A stretch of DNA of 64,000 bases. It comes from Mobula hypostoma (taxonomy: Eukaryota). The stretch is taken from assembly GCF_963921235.1 (NCBI RefSeq), contig NC_086097.1:85996001-86060000 (forward strand), read 5' to 3'. This document shows positions 36,361-50,174 of the stretch, piece after piece; positions within the stretch are counted from its first letter, which is position 1; every line of letters begins with the position of its first letter. The position numbers and the translations under genes were made by a program. The notes beneath the pieces were generated by a model. It saw only the letters and a list, made by a program, of their open reading frames with translations. It had not been told where the DNA came from and ran no database searches.

Positions 36361-37024
36361 ACAGAGAGCCTCATTTTTAAGCCCTCCCTTACATCTTCCA
36401 GTAATAAGGTATGCTTTCGGTGTAAGGATTGTAGGATCTGTGATTGTATTGATTAATTTTTCATAAAAGAGTAATGTCACCTTCCTCTGAGATACATTAG
36501 CAGTTTTCCATACAAGGTTCTCCTTCAACCCTGAAATCTTTGGCGAGTTCTGCATACCTCCATTTTTTTTGGTCATCTATACATCCCTGACTTTCTTTCC
36601 TGCACCAGTGGCAACTGGGCCTGTAGACATCCATGCCTGAATTGTAGAACGTATAAATCTCTTTCAAAATCTTTTCATCACCTGAACGAATATCACTGCT
36701 TTGGCATGGTGTTGACTTTTCTTAAATAATTCTCCTGTAAAGTTCATGGGGTATTTTGACTCCATTGAAAGCATTCTTTAATTGCAAGTTATTGAAAGTT
36801 TACTAATATATCTGCTGAAGCTATTGTGATGACTGACAGTACTTAATCTTGGGCGCTGTATGCACAGAGATTGCACATTCTCCGTAAGACAGTGTGATTT
36901 TCCTTCCACACCCAAAGATGTGCAAGTTAGTAAGTTAATTGGTCAATGTAAAAAAAAGAGAGAAAAGATGAAATATGAACGTAAGCTAGCCAGAAATATT
37001 GAAGAGGATACCAAAAATTTTTTC

Positions 37025-40000
37025 CATAAGACCATAAGATATAGGAGCAGAAGTAGGCCATTTGGTCCATCAAGTCTGCTCTGCCATTCAATCATGGACT
37101 GATCCAATTCTTCCAGTCATCTCCACTTCCCTGCTTTCACCCTTTGATGCCCTGGCTAATCAAGAACCTATCTATCTCTGCCTTAAATACACCCAGTAAC
37201 TTGGCCTCCACAGTTGCTCGTGGCAACAAATTCCACAGATTTACCACCCTCTGACTAAAGTAATTTCTCCACATCTCAGTTCTAAAAGGACGTCCTTCAA
37301 TCCTGAAGTCGTGCCCCCTTGTTCTAGAATTCCCTACCATGGGAAATAATTTCGCCATATCTAATCCGTTCAGACCTTTTAACATTTGGAATGTTTCCAT
37401 GAGGTACTCCCTCATTCTCCTGAACTCCAGGGAATACAGCCCAAGATCTGCAGAATGTTCCTCATATGATAACCCTTTCATTCGTGGAATCATTCTCGTG
37501 AATCTCCTCACGAACCCTCTCCAATGTTAGTAAATGCTTGCTAAAATAAGGAGCCCAAAACTGCACACAATACTCCAAGTGTGGGCTCATGAGTGCCTTA
37601 TAGAGCTACAACATCACATCCCTGCTCTTATATTCCATACCTCGAGAAATGAATGCCAACATTGCATTCACCTTCTTCACAACCGACTCACCCTGGAGGT
37701 TAACCTTTAGGGTATCTTGCACAAGGACTCCCAAGTCCCTTTGCATCTCTGCATTTTGCATTCTCTCCCCATCTAAATAATAGTCTGCCCATTTAATTCT
37801 TCCACCAAAGTGTATGAACATACAATTTCCAACATTGTATTTCATTTGCCACTTCTTTGCTCATTCTCCTAAACTATCTAAGTCTCTTTGCAGGCTCTCT
37901 GTTTCCTCAACACTGTCCGCTCCTTCACCTATCTTTGCATCATCGGCAAATTTAGCCACAAATCCATCAATACCATCGTCCAAATCATTGACATACGTCG
38001 TTAAAAGCAGCGGTCCCAACGCTGTTGAATTTTTTGAGGATGTGACTAAACACATTGATGAAGGTAGAGCAGTAGATGTAGTGTACATGGATTTCAGCAA
38101 GGCATTTGATAAGGTACCCCGTGCAAGGCTTATTGAGAAAGTAAGGAGGCATAGGATCCATGGGGACTTTGCTTTGTGGATCCAGAACTGGCTTGCCCAC
38201 AGAAGGCAAAGAGTGGTTGTAGATGGCTCATATTCTGCATGGAGGTCGGTGACCAGTGGTTTGCCTCAGGGATCTGTTCTAGGACCCCCTACTCTTTGTG
38301 ATTTTTATAAATGACCTGGATAAGGAAGTGGAGGGATGAGTTAGTAAATTTGCTGATGACACAAAGGTTGGGGGTGTTGTGGATAGTGTGGAGGGATGTC
38401 AGAGGTTACATCAGGACATTGAAAGGATGCAAAACTGGGCTGAGAAGTGGCAGATAAGTGTGAGGTGGTTCATTTTGGTAGGTCAAATACGATGGCAGAA
38501 TATAGTATTAATGATAAGACTCTTGGCAGTGTGGAGGATCAAAGGGCTCTTGGGGTCTGAGTCCATAGGACTCTCAAAGCTGCTGCTCAGGTTGACGCTG
38601 TAGTTTAGAAAGCATATGGTGCTTTGGCCTTCATCAATCGTGGGACTGAGTTTAAGAGCCGAGAGGTAATTTTGTAGCTATATAGTACCCTGGTCAGACC
38701 CCACTTGGAGTACTGTGCTCATTTCTGGTCACCTCACTACAGGAAGGATGTAGAAACCATAGAAAGGGTGCAGAGGAGATTTACAAGGATGTTTCCTGGA
38801 TTGGGAAGTATGCCTTATGAGAATAGATTGAGTGAATTTGGCCCTTTTTTCTCCTTGTAGCGACAGAGGATGAGAAATGACCTGATAGAGGTGTACAAGA
38901 TGTTGAGAGGCATTGATCATGTGGATAGTCAGAGCTTTTTCCCAGGGCTATGATGGCTAGCATGAGAGGGCACAGTTTTAATGTGCTTGGAAGTCGGTAC
39001 AGAGGAGATGTCAGGTGTATGATTTTTATTCAGAGAGTGCTGAGTGAGTAGAATGGGCTGTCGGTGACGATGGTGGAGGTGGATACGATAGGGTCTTTTA
39101 AGAGACTTCTGGATAGGTACATGGAGCTTAGAAAAATAGAGGGTTATGGGTAACCCTAGGTAATTTCTAAGGTAAGAACATGTTTGGTACAGCTTTGTGG
39201 GCCAAAGGGCCTGTATTATGCTGTAGATTTTCTATGTTTCCATGTTTCTATGAACTCCACTGGTAACCATCAACCAGCCAGAATCCCTTTATTCCCACTC
39301 TCTGTTTTCTGCCATCCAGCCAATGCTCCATCCATGCTAGTAACTTCCCTGTAATTCCATGTGCTCTTATCTTGCTAAGCAGTGTCATGTGTGGCACCTT
39401 GTCAAAGGCCTTCTGAAAATCCAAGTACAGCATGTCTACTGCATCACCTTTGTCTACCCAGCTTATAATTTCCATAAAGAATTACAGTAGGATAGTCAGG
39501 CAAGATTTTTCTTTCAGGAAGCCATACTGGCTGTGGCCTATCTTATCATGTGCCTCCAAGTACTCCGTAATCTTATCCCTAACTATCAATTCCAACAACT
39601 TCCCAACCACTGATGTCAGGCTAACAGGTCTATAGTTTCCTTTCTGCTGCCTTCCACCCTCCTTAAATAGCAGAGTAACATTTGCAATTTCCCTGTCATC
39701 CGGTACAATGCCAGAATCCATTGATTCTTGAAAGATCATTGTTAATTCCTCTGCAGTCTCTCCAGCTACTTCCTTCAGAACCCGAGGGTGTATTCCATCA
39801 GGTCCAGGAGATTTATCCACCCTCAGATCATTAAGCTTCTTGTGCACTTTCTCAGTCGTAATTTTCACTGCACAAACCTCACTTTCCTGACACTCTTGAA
39901 TATCTGGTATATTGCAGACATCTTCCACTGTGAAGATTGATGCAAAATACACATTCAGGTCCTCTGCCATCTCTTCATCTCTCATTACAATATTCCAGTG

Positions 40001-42054
40001 CCATTTTGTATTGGTCCTATATCTACCCTTGACTCTCTTTTACCGTTGAAAAAGCTTTTAGTATCTTCTTTGATATTAGTCGCTAACATCCTTTCATAAT
40101 TCATCTTTTTCTTCCTAATGAACTTTTAGTTTCCTTCTGCAAGTTTTTAAATGCTTTCTAATCCTCTATCTTCCCACTAGCTCTGGCTTCCTTGTATGCC
40201 CTCTCTTTTGCTTTTACTTTGGCTCTGACTTCACTTGTCAGCCATGGTAGTGTCCTTCTTCCCTTTGAAAATTTCTTCTTATTTGGAATATATCTGTCTT
40301 GCACTTCCCTTATTTTTTGCAGAAATTCCAGCCATTGCTGCTCTGCTGTCCCTCCTGCAAATGTCCCTTTCCAGTCAACTTTGGCCAGTTCCCATCTCAT
40401 GCCATTGTAATTTCCTTTATTCCACTGAAATACTGACTCATTAGATTTTATTTTTTCCCTCTCAAATTTCAGTACGAACTCAATCATATTGTGATCATTG
40501 TTCTCTAAGGATTCCTTAACCTTAAGCTCTCCTTTTACCTCCAGATCATTGCACAACACCCAATCCAGCACAGCCAATCCCCTAGTGGGCTCAACAACAA
40601 GCTGTTCTAAACGTCATCACTTAGATATTCTACAAAATCTCTCTCTTGAGGTCCAGTATTGACCTGGTTTTCCCAATCCACTTTCATGTTAAAATCCCCA
40701 ACAATTATCATGACATTGCCTTTCTGACGGGCCTTTTCTACCTCCTGCTGTAATTTGTAATCCACATCCTGGCTGCTGTTTGGAGGCCTGTATACAACTG
40801 CCATTAGGGTCCTTTTACCCTTGCCATTTCTTAACTCAACCCATAGAAAATCTACACCTTTCAATCCTATATCATCTCTTTCCAATAATTTAATATTATT
40901 TCTTATACATAGAGCCACACCACATTCTCTGCCTACTAACCTATCTTACTGATATACCATATATCCTTGGACGTTCAGCTCCCAATGGCAGTCATCCTTT
41001 AGCCAAGTTTCAGAGATGGCCACAATGTCATACTTGCCAATCTGTAGCTGAATTTCAAGATCGTCCATTTTATTTCTCTCAGTCTAGTATTTGTTGCTTT
41101 CTGTTTTAACTGCACCACGCTTCTATTGCCCTGTAACTGATGCCACTGGCTTTGATTAAGCCTCCTCTCCTGCCTGTTCTTTCTATAAACGCTGTCGCAC
41201 ACCATCTTTCATTTGTTTCTGTTTTCCCCTTCCTCGGTCCTATCACTCCGGTTCCCACCCCCCTGCCAAATTAGTTTAAACCCTCCCTGAGAGCTCTATT
41301 AAATGTGCCTGCCAGGATATTGGATCCCTTTGGGTTCAGATGTAACCCGTCCTTTTTGTACAGGTCGTACCTCCCCCAGAAGAGACCCCAATGATCCAGG
41401 AATCTGAAGCCCTGCCCCCTATATCAGCCTCTCAGCCACACATTAATACGCCTGATCGTGCTATTCTTGCACTCGCTAGCACGTGTCACAGGCAGCAATC
41501 CTGAGATTACTACCCTAGAGGTCCTGCCTTTCAGCTTCCTACCTAGCTCCCTGAATTATCTCTTCAGGACCTCCTCCCTTTTTCTACCTATGTCATTGGT
41601 ACCAACATGTACCAAGACTTCTGGCTGTTCATCCTCTCCCTTCAGAATACTCTGCACCCGATCTGAGACACCCCGTACCCTGGCACCTGGGAGGCAACAC
41701 ACCATGCGGGTATCTCTATCAAGCTGACAGAACCTCCTGTCTGTTCCCCTCACTATGGAATCCCCTATGACACTGCATTCCTCATCTTCCTCTTTTCCTT
41801 CTGCACCACGGAACCTGGCTCAGTGCCAGAGACCCAATCGCCATGGTCGTCCTCTGTCAGGTCATCCCCCTCAACCGCATCCAAAACGAGATAACGATTA
41901 CTGAGGGGGATGGCCACAGGGGTGCTCTCTACTATCTGAGCTCTTTCCCTCACTTCCCTGACCATCACCCACTTATCTAACTCCTGCAGCCTCGGGCTGA
42001 TTAACTCCCTGTAGCTCCTCTCTATCTGCTGTTCACTCTCCCTAATAAGCTGTA
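37025..42054 (-). mobile_element. Near full-length CR1 LINE, nest level 2 (pieces 37025-38020 and 39253-42054): ORF1 esterase + ORF2
   Basis: ORF1 has CCLPGARV..V..HVGTNDIG (SGNH blocks) and LSNRY. ORF2 has VYRPPN, GDFN, NDHNMI, KSPGPDG, NYRPVSLTS, FADD. Its tail lies at 37025. Confidence 0.92.
38021..39252 (+). mobile_element. CR1 LINE, nest level 3
   Basis: EFFEDVT..D.G.AVDVVYMDFSKAFDKVP, FADDTK and a (TTTCTATG)n tail. It interrupts the level-2 RT at the GVPQGSVLGP-equivalent motif. Confidence 0.9.
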
Positions 42055-44416
42055 TTTCAGATATGTAAAGAATAAAAGAGAGGCAAGAGTGGACATTGGG
42101 CTGCTGGAAAATGACTCTAGAGAGATGGTAATGCGTGACATTGAAATGGTGGATGAACTTAATAAGTATTTTGCATCAGTCTTCACTGTGGAAGACACTA
42201 GCAGTGTACCAGAAATTCTAGGGGCAGAATTTAGTGTTCGGGGCAGAAGTGAGTATAGTTGCTAACACTAAGGAGAAGGTGCTTGGGAAGCTAAAAGGTC
42301 TGAAGGTAGATAAGTCACCTGGACCAGATGGACTACACACCAGGGTTCTGGAAGATGTAGCTGAGGAGATTATGGAGGCATTAATAATGATCTTTCAAGA
42401 ATCACTAGATTCTGGAATGGTTCCAGAGGACTGTAAACTTGCAATGTCACACCATTCTTTATGAAGAAAGAGAGAGAGGCAGAAGAAAAGAAATTATAGG
42501 CCAGTCAGCCTGACTTCAGTGGCTGGGAAGATGTTGGAGTCCATTATTAAGAATGAATTTTCAGGGTACTTGGAAGCACATGATAAAGTAGGCCAAAGTC
42601 AAATTGGTTTCCTTAGGGGGAAATCTGTTGGAATTCTTTGAGGAAATAACAAGCAGGATAGACAAAGGAGAATCAGTGGATGTTGTTTACTTGGATTTTC
42701 AGAAGGCCTCTAACAAGGTGCTATATATGAGGCTGCTTAACAAGATATTACATGGTATTACAGGAAAGATACTAGCATGGTTAGAAGATTGGCTGACTGG
42801 CAAGAGACAAAATGTTGGAGTAAAGAGGGCCTAATCTGGTTGGCTACCAGTGCCAAGTGGTGTGCTGCAGGGTATGATATTGGGACTGCCTTTTTTCATG
42901 CTGTAAGTCAAGGATTTGGATGACGCAGTTGATGGCTTTATGGGCAGGTTCACAGATGATACAAAGATAAGTGGAGGGGCAGGTAGTGTTGAGGAAGCAA
43001 GGATCTGCAGATAACTTGGACAGATTTGGAGAATGGGCAAAGAAGTGGTAGATGGAATATAGTGTGTGGAAGTGTCTGGTCATGCACTTTGGTAGAAGGA
43101 ATAAAGGGATAGATATTTTCTAAATGGGGAGAAAATTCAAAAATCAGAGGTGCAAAAGAACTTGGGAGTCCTTGTGAACTTGCTGGTTGAGTCAGTGTCA
43201 AGGAAGGCAAATGCAATAATAGCATTCATTGAAAGAGGACTCGAGTATCAGAACAAGGATGTGATGCTGAGGCTTTATAAGGCACTGGTCAGACCACACG
43301 GAGTATTGTGAGTAGTTTTGGGCTCCTTATCTAAGAAAAGATGTGCTGGTATTGGGGAGGGTCCAGAGGTAGTTTACGAGAATAATTCCAGCAATGAAAG
43401 GGTTAACATATGAGGAGCATTTGATAACTCTGGGCCTGCACTCATTGGGGTTTAGAAGAATCGGGGGGGGGGGGGAGAGGATCTCATTGAAACCTATTGA
43501 ATATTGAAAGGCCGAGACGCAGTGGATGTGGAGAGAATGTTCTATAACGGGGGAGTCTAGGTCCAGAGGACAGAGGCTCACAATTGAGAGATGTCCACTT
43601 AAAGCGGAGATGAGAAGGAATTCATTTACCCAGAGGGTTGTGAATCTGTGGAATTAATTGCCTCAGACGACTGTGGAGGCCAGGTCATTGAGTATATTTA
43701 AAGCAGGAAGTTCTTTGGTTAGGCAGGGTGTAAAAGTTTATGGGGAGAAGGCAGGAGAATGAAGTTGAGAAGGGTGATAAATCAGCCATGATGGAATGGC
43801 AGACCAGACTTGATGGGCCTAGTGGTATAATTCTGCTCCTATGTCTTATGATCTTATGTAAATTGCCCTTAATGTGTATGTGAGTGGAAGAATTTTGGGG
43901 GAGTTAATGAGTGTGTGTAGAATAAACAATGGATTAATGTAGGATTAGTGTAAATGGGTTGCTAATGTCTAGCACAAACTTGGTGAGCTGAAGGGCCTGT
44001 TTCTATGCTGTATCTCAGTATGACTCAATAACTTCTGGGAAAAGTATGGCCAGGTTATCAGTCTCTACAAATTGTGTCAAATTGTGACAGGCTTTTACCC
44101 TTCTGGCAATAGAATTTCAAGCTCCTACTTTGTCATTGAAAGCTGTTCATATGAAGCTTTCCTTATGAGAGTAAACCTTCTCGCCACAGGGACAAATGCT
44201 GTCCCACACCAGGATAGCAACATTCATGAACATTGACATATGTTCAAGCAAATACCAGGCATCAATTGTTGCAGGCCACAACCATCTAACTGTTCATTTT
44301 TATCACGAAAGATGTTTGTACCTGGCACCAAGCGTATCAAGGACAACAAAAAGCCCAAGTGCAGCAAAATCTCATGTCGTCTCATTTTTGTGTTCCAATT
44401 TATGTTAAATCTCTAA

Positions 44417-44665
<249 letters not shown>

Positions 44666-45032
44666 TAACTTGAGATGCATACAGATATGTGCAGAGTTAA
44701 GTGTATTCTCCATTTTGTTTCTCAGACATATTGAACCAAATGAGAGGGAGACATTTAATGTGACACTTTAATTTAAAAAAAACGTGCTGCACAAGGAAGC
44801 TCTGATCATCATGGTCTTCCTGCCATTGGAGGCTGGTTCTCTCTCAATAGTTTCATGTTATTTAATGCTGGACTACAAAAGAGCTACGTAATTGACGATA
44901 TCCCCGAGTAAAACTGAGACACTAATTTCCTTATGATTCAAGCAAGACTGTAACAATTACCTTTTGTAGTGTGGGATGCATTTCCATTAAGCTTTCTGGA
45001 ACAAAGGCTGGGGATAAGAAGGGTGGATTCCT

Positions 45033-45233
45033 CTTCACAGACGTAAGGTACTGCAGATGCTGGAAATCCAGAGCAACACCCAAAATGCTGGAGGAACTCA
45101 GCAGATCAAGCATCAATGTTCTGGGCCGAGATGAAGGGTCTTGATGAAGAGTCTCGGCCTGAAAAGTCAACTGTTTATTCCCTCTATAGATACTGCCTGA
45201 CCTACTGAGGTCCTCCAGGATTTTGTGTGTTGC
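45033..45233. mobile_element. 201-bp fold-back Penelope-derived mini-element centred on a degenerate hammerhead
   Basis: 11-bp TSD GGTGGATTCCT (45022-45032 / 45234-45244). Inverted arms GCAACAC..AAAATGCTGGAGG / CCTCCAGGATTTTGTGTGTTGC. Centre TTGATGAAGAGTCTCGGCCTGAAAAGTCAACTG. Confidence 0.85.
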
Positions 45234-46374
45234 GGTGGATTCCTGTTACCACTTCCATCACCTTGGACTTTTGAGTAAAGGGAGTTAGCGCTGTGCTCCT
45301 TTGTGTGGGGCTCTGGAGGAAGGAAAGGATATTTTCAATGCACAGTGATCAGTTAGGGTGGTGGGGCCCAGTGAATTGCTGAGGGGGTAGGTTATTTAAT
45401 GCTTCAGAAGCTGGTGATGAGCTGTCTCAGGACTCTGTCAGTCTGACAAATGGTTTCAGGCATATAAAGCATTGAGGGTGTTAATCTTGCATAGTAACTA
45501 GGTTTGGGGCCTTATTGGTCATTGTATTATTGAAGCAGACAGAAGACATGAACCAAGCAGCTTCTTATGCCTACACTTGGAACTAATTTTCTTGCGCTGT
45601 TATGGAAGTATTCTTGAGACACAGGTTATGTGGGGAAGAAAGAAAATACTTTTGAAGAATTTCACATGTTCAGTAATTTAAAAAAATGTTGGACACATTC
45701 AGCAGGTCAGGCAGTGGAGAGAAACATAATTACCATTTCAAGTTGGAGACTCTTTGTTAGAAATGCACATGTGATGGAGAGTTAGAAATTCAGCTTTAGT
45801 AACTTGTAAGGGAAGGCCTGTGAAATGAATATTACTGATCCTTATTGCTTTCGAAATGTTTGAAATGGATCTGTTCTTTTGTACTGTCTGAGCTGTTCTA
45901 CTACAATGCCAGAAGGGCAGAATTTCAATGCTCTCATTCTTAAACTCCCGTTGGGCCACTTGTACCTGATGATGTTAATTTGGTATCTCCATGGCTGCCA
46001 ACCACACCAAGTTGCGGTACAAAGAAATATTGTCCAGGATTGAGGGGTATGATATCACCACTGTTCCAAGGGTTGAACGTTGCTCCAAAATGTCACTTAT
46101 TTTGTTTACTGTCAGTATCAGAGAAAAATAGGTAGCAGAAAAGTTTACCTGCTCTTCAATGAGATTTCCTGAAACATGAGCTCTCACAGTTCTACTTGCA
46201 AGTCAAAATGGCAACAATTTAATTGTTTCTGAGAGGCTGAAGGTATGAGGACATTTAATGGAGGAAGGCGTAATGTCTGAGTTAGCCTGAAGTCAGGCGT
46301 GCGCTGAATCTTCTGAATATCAGGTTTGAACCCTAATCTGATGAATTTGCTTGAGATACTTCCATACCAAGTTT

Positions 46375-47440
46375 GATGAAAGTTGGTAAATTGGCTTATT
46401 ATTGTCAGATATGCCAAGGTACAGTGAAAAACCTCTGTTCATACAGATCAATTCACCACATCAGTACAAGGGAAAGGCAATATGCAGAATATAGTGTTAT
46501 AGTTGCTGAGAAAGTGCAGTGCAGACAAACACTAGGGTGCAAGGATATGATGAGGTAGATTGTGAGGGCAAGAATCGAGAATCCGTTCTTTATTTACTGG
46601 GAAACTATTCAGTAGTCTTATAACAGTGGGACAGAAACTCCCCTCGAGTGTGCTGGTACGTGCTTTCAGGGTTTTGTATCTTCGGTCTGATTTGCGGGGG
46701 AGGAGGTGCTGAAGAAGTGAGAATATGAAGTGCGGATAGGTTTTTCGTAATGTGCTGAGGTGTGTCCCCAACCATCAGGCAGTGCAGCAGTTGCTCTAAT
46801 AAGCCATGGCTCATCCAGATATGGTGTTTACAAAGTCAAAGTTCATTTATTATTAAATGTGTTATGTATTATATGCATTTATTATCAATGATACATTGAT
46901 AAAGATTGGTGAGGGTCAAAAGGGACCTGCTGAGTTTCTTCAGCCTCGTGAGCAAGGAGCGACACTGTTGCATTTTCTTGGCCAGAGCATCCATGTGGTT
47001 GGCCCAGGACAAGCTAGTCATAATGTTTACTGCTAGGAACTTGAAGCTCTCGACCATCATGATCTCATCACCACTGATGTAGGCAGGAGCGTGTACATCA
47101 CTCCATGACCAGCTCTGACAATGAGGGAAAGGTTGTGGCTATGGCACCATGTCGTAACGCTTCCTGTCTCCTTCTTGTACTCCATCCAGCTCATTGTTCT
47201 TTCAGATTCGGCACACTGCCATGGTGTCATCTGCAAACTTGTAGATGGAGTTGGATCAGAAGCTGGCCTCACAGTTGTGAGTGCATTGGGAGTGAGATAG
47301 AGGGTATTGTTGAGGATAATCATGGCAGATGAGTTGCTGTCTATCCTTCCTGGGACTGTGGTCTATTGGTCAGGAGGTAATGGGCCCAGTTGCGGGGGAA
47401 GTGCTGAGTCCCAGGTCTAGGAAGTTGATGTGCTAAGTTA
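46375..47440 (-). mobile_element. Rex1/Babar-type LINE fragments
   Basis: VESFKFLAVNI..SLSW..H, RRYKTLKART...SFCPTVIRLLN and a minus-strand FADD-equivalent near 47225. Confidence 0.75.
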
Positions 47441-47611
47441 GCTCAATATCCGGTTCAATGGTTTTCTTGAACTGTGTCAGTTATATTCCAGTTTTAATCT
47501 CTTCACTTCTCATTCTCCCTACCATTTGTCACATGGTAGCTAATGATGATTGGAGATTAGAATGTGACATTTTGTAACAAGCTTCTTGTGCTGGCATCTA
47601 AAGTAATATCA

Positions 47612-50165
47612 TAAGTGACAGTGTTGGTTGTGGATGATGTGTACATCCCTCCCTCTGCCAACCCGACATCGGCGTGTAACATCATTTACATCGTCATAGC
47701 CAGATTACAAACCCAGCACCTGAGTGCCCTCATTACCATCTCGGGTGACTTCAACCAGGTTACCATGACTGGAACACTGTCTGACTTCACGCAGTATGTG
47801 AGCTGTACAACCAGAGGGGAGAGGACTCTGGATTTGATGTACGCTAACGTTAAGGATGCATACAGCTCCTCTCCCCTCCCCCCACTGGGAAGGTCAGATC
47901 ACAACCTGGTGCATCTAAAACCCTGCTACGTGCCTCTGGTGAAGAGTAAACCTGTAACCTCGAGGACAGTGAGGAAATGGTTGGGGGAGGCTTATGAGGC
48001 GCTCCAGGGTTGTTTTGAGGTGACAGACTGGCAGGCACTCTGTGAGCCACATGGAGAGGATATTGATCGGCTCACAGAATGCATCACTGATTACATCAAC
48101 TTCTGTGTGGACTGCAATGTTCTGACAAGAACTGTCCTTTGTTATGCAAATAAAAAGCCATAGGTGACAAAGGACATTAAGGACATCCTGAATGCTAAAA
48201 AGAGGGCATTTAGAGATGGAAATAGGGAGGAGCTGAGGGCAATACAGAGGGACCTGGAAGCCAGGATTGGATCAGGGAGGCTAAAGACAGGCACAGGAGG
48301 AAGCTTGAGTGGAAACTCCAGCAGAACAACATGAGAGAGGTCTGGAGGGGGATGAGGATCATCACTGGGTTTCGGCAAACTAGCAACAGAGGAGCTGAAG
48401 GCAGTGTGGAGGGGGCCAATGAACTTAACCTGTTTTTTAACAGATTTGACACTGTGACCCCTGCCCATCCCCCACACCAGCCATCTGTTGTCGGCCCCCA
48501 ACCAACACATATTCCACTCTCCCCTCCTACCCCTCCTCACAGTCCCCCACCTGCTCTCATGACTATACCCCTCCCCCACACGAAGCCACCACGGTGGGCT
48601 CCACGGCTGAACAGGTGAGAAGACAGCTGAGAAGCAAGGCTGCAGGACTGGATGGTGTCAGTACCAGGGTGCTCAAAGCCTGTGCCCCTCAGCTATGTGG
48701 AGTACTTCGCCACGTATTCAACATGAGCCTGAGGCTCCGGAGGGTTCCTGTACTGTGGAAGACGTCCTGCCTCGTCCCTGTGCTGAAGACGCCATGCCCC
48801 AGCGGCCTCATTGACTACAAACCGGTGGCATTGACCTCCCACATCATGAAGACCCTGGAGAGGCTTGTTCTGGAGCTGCTCCGGCCTATGGGCAGGCCAC
48901 ACGTAGATCCCCTCCAGTTTGCCTACCAGCCCCGACTAGGAGTTGAGGATGCCATCGTCTACCTGCTAAACTGTGTCTACGCCCACCTGGACAAGCCAGC
49001 AAGCGCTGTGAGGGTCATGTTTTTTGACTTCTCCAGTGCGTTCAACACCATCCGCCCTGCTCTGCTGGCGGAGAAGCTGACAGCAATGCAGGTGGATGCT
49101 TTCCTAGTGTCATGGATTCTTGATTACCTGACTGGCAGACCACGGTACGTGTGCTTGCAACACTGTGTGTCCGACAGAGTGATAAGCAGCACTGGGGCTC
49201 CACAGGGGACTGTCTTGTCACCCTTTCTCTTCACTATTTACACCTCGGACTTCAACTAATGCACAGAGTCTTGTCATCTTCAGAAGTTTTCGGATAACTC
49301 TGCCATAGTTGGATGCATCAGCAAGGGAGATGAGGCTGAGTACAGGGCCACGGTAGGAAACTTTGTCACATGGTGTGAGTAGAATTATCTGCAGCTTAAT
49401 GTGAAAAAGGCTAAGGAGCTAGTGGTAGACCTGAGGAGAGCTAAGGTACCGGTGACCCCTGTTTCCATCCGGGGGGTCAGTGTGGACATGGTGGAGGATT
49501 ACAATTACCTGGGGATATGAAATGACAATAAACTGGACTGGTCTAAGAACACTGAGGCTGTCTACCAGAAGAGTCAGAGCCGTCTCTATTTCCTGAGGAG
49601 ACTGAGGTCCTTTAACATCTGCCGGACGATGCTGAGGATGTTCTATGAGTCTGTGGTGGCCAGTGCGGTCATGTTTGCCGTTGTGTGCTGGGGCAGCAGG
49701 CTGGGGACAGCAGGTTGAGGGTAGCAGACACCAACAGAATCAACAAACTCATTGGTAAGGCCAGTGATGTTGTGGGGATGGAACTGGACTTTCTCACGGT
49801 GGTGTCGGAAAAGAGGATGCTGTCTAAGTTGCATGCCATCTTGGTCAATGTCTCCCATCCACTACATAATGTACTGGGTGGGCACAGGAGTACATTCAGC
49901 CAGAGACTCATTCCACCGAGATGCAGCACAGAGCGTCATAGGAAGTCATTCCTGCCTGTGGCCATCAAACTTTACAACTCCTCCCTTGGAGGGTCAGACA
50001 CCCTGAGTCGATAGGCTGGTCCTGGACTTATTTCATAATTTACTGGCATAATTTACATATTACTATTTAACTATTTATGGTTTTATTACTATTTATTATT
50101 TATGGTGCAACTGTAACAAAACCCAATTTCCCCCCGGGATCAATAAAGTATGACTATGACTATGA
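47612..50165 (+). mobile_element. Rex1/Babar LINE, most of ORF2 (APE + RT), few disablements
   Basis: VYIPP, GDFN, TLDL.Y, GRSDHNLV (APE). KAAGLDG, YKPVALTS, QFAY, FFDFSSAFNT, GAPQGTVLSPFLF, FSDNS (RT). (TATGAC)n tail. Confidence 0.93.
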
Positions 50166-50174
50166 ATGTTACTC

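Larger units (their letters stand above)
36953..43855 (+). mobile_element. CR1 LINE, nest level 1 (pieces 36953-37024 and 42055-43855)
   Basis: REKMKYERKLARNIEEDTKNFF continues as RYVKNKREARVDIG at 42055. TTTC is duplicated at the break. RT motifs in 42234-43300. Confidence 0.85.
36830..44025 (+). mobile_element. V-SINE host split by the CR1 nest (pieces 36830-36952 and 43856-44025)
   Basis: ...GTTAATTGGTCAATGTAAA resumes as ATGTAAATTGCCC. ATGTAAA is duplicated at 36946-36952 and 43856-43862. Confidence 0.75.
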
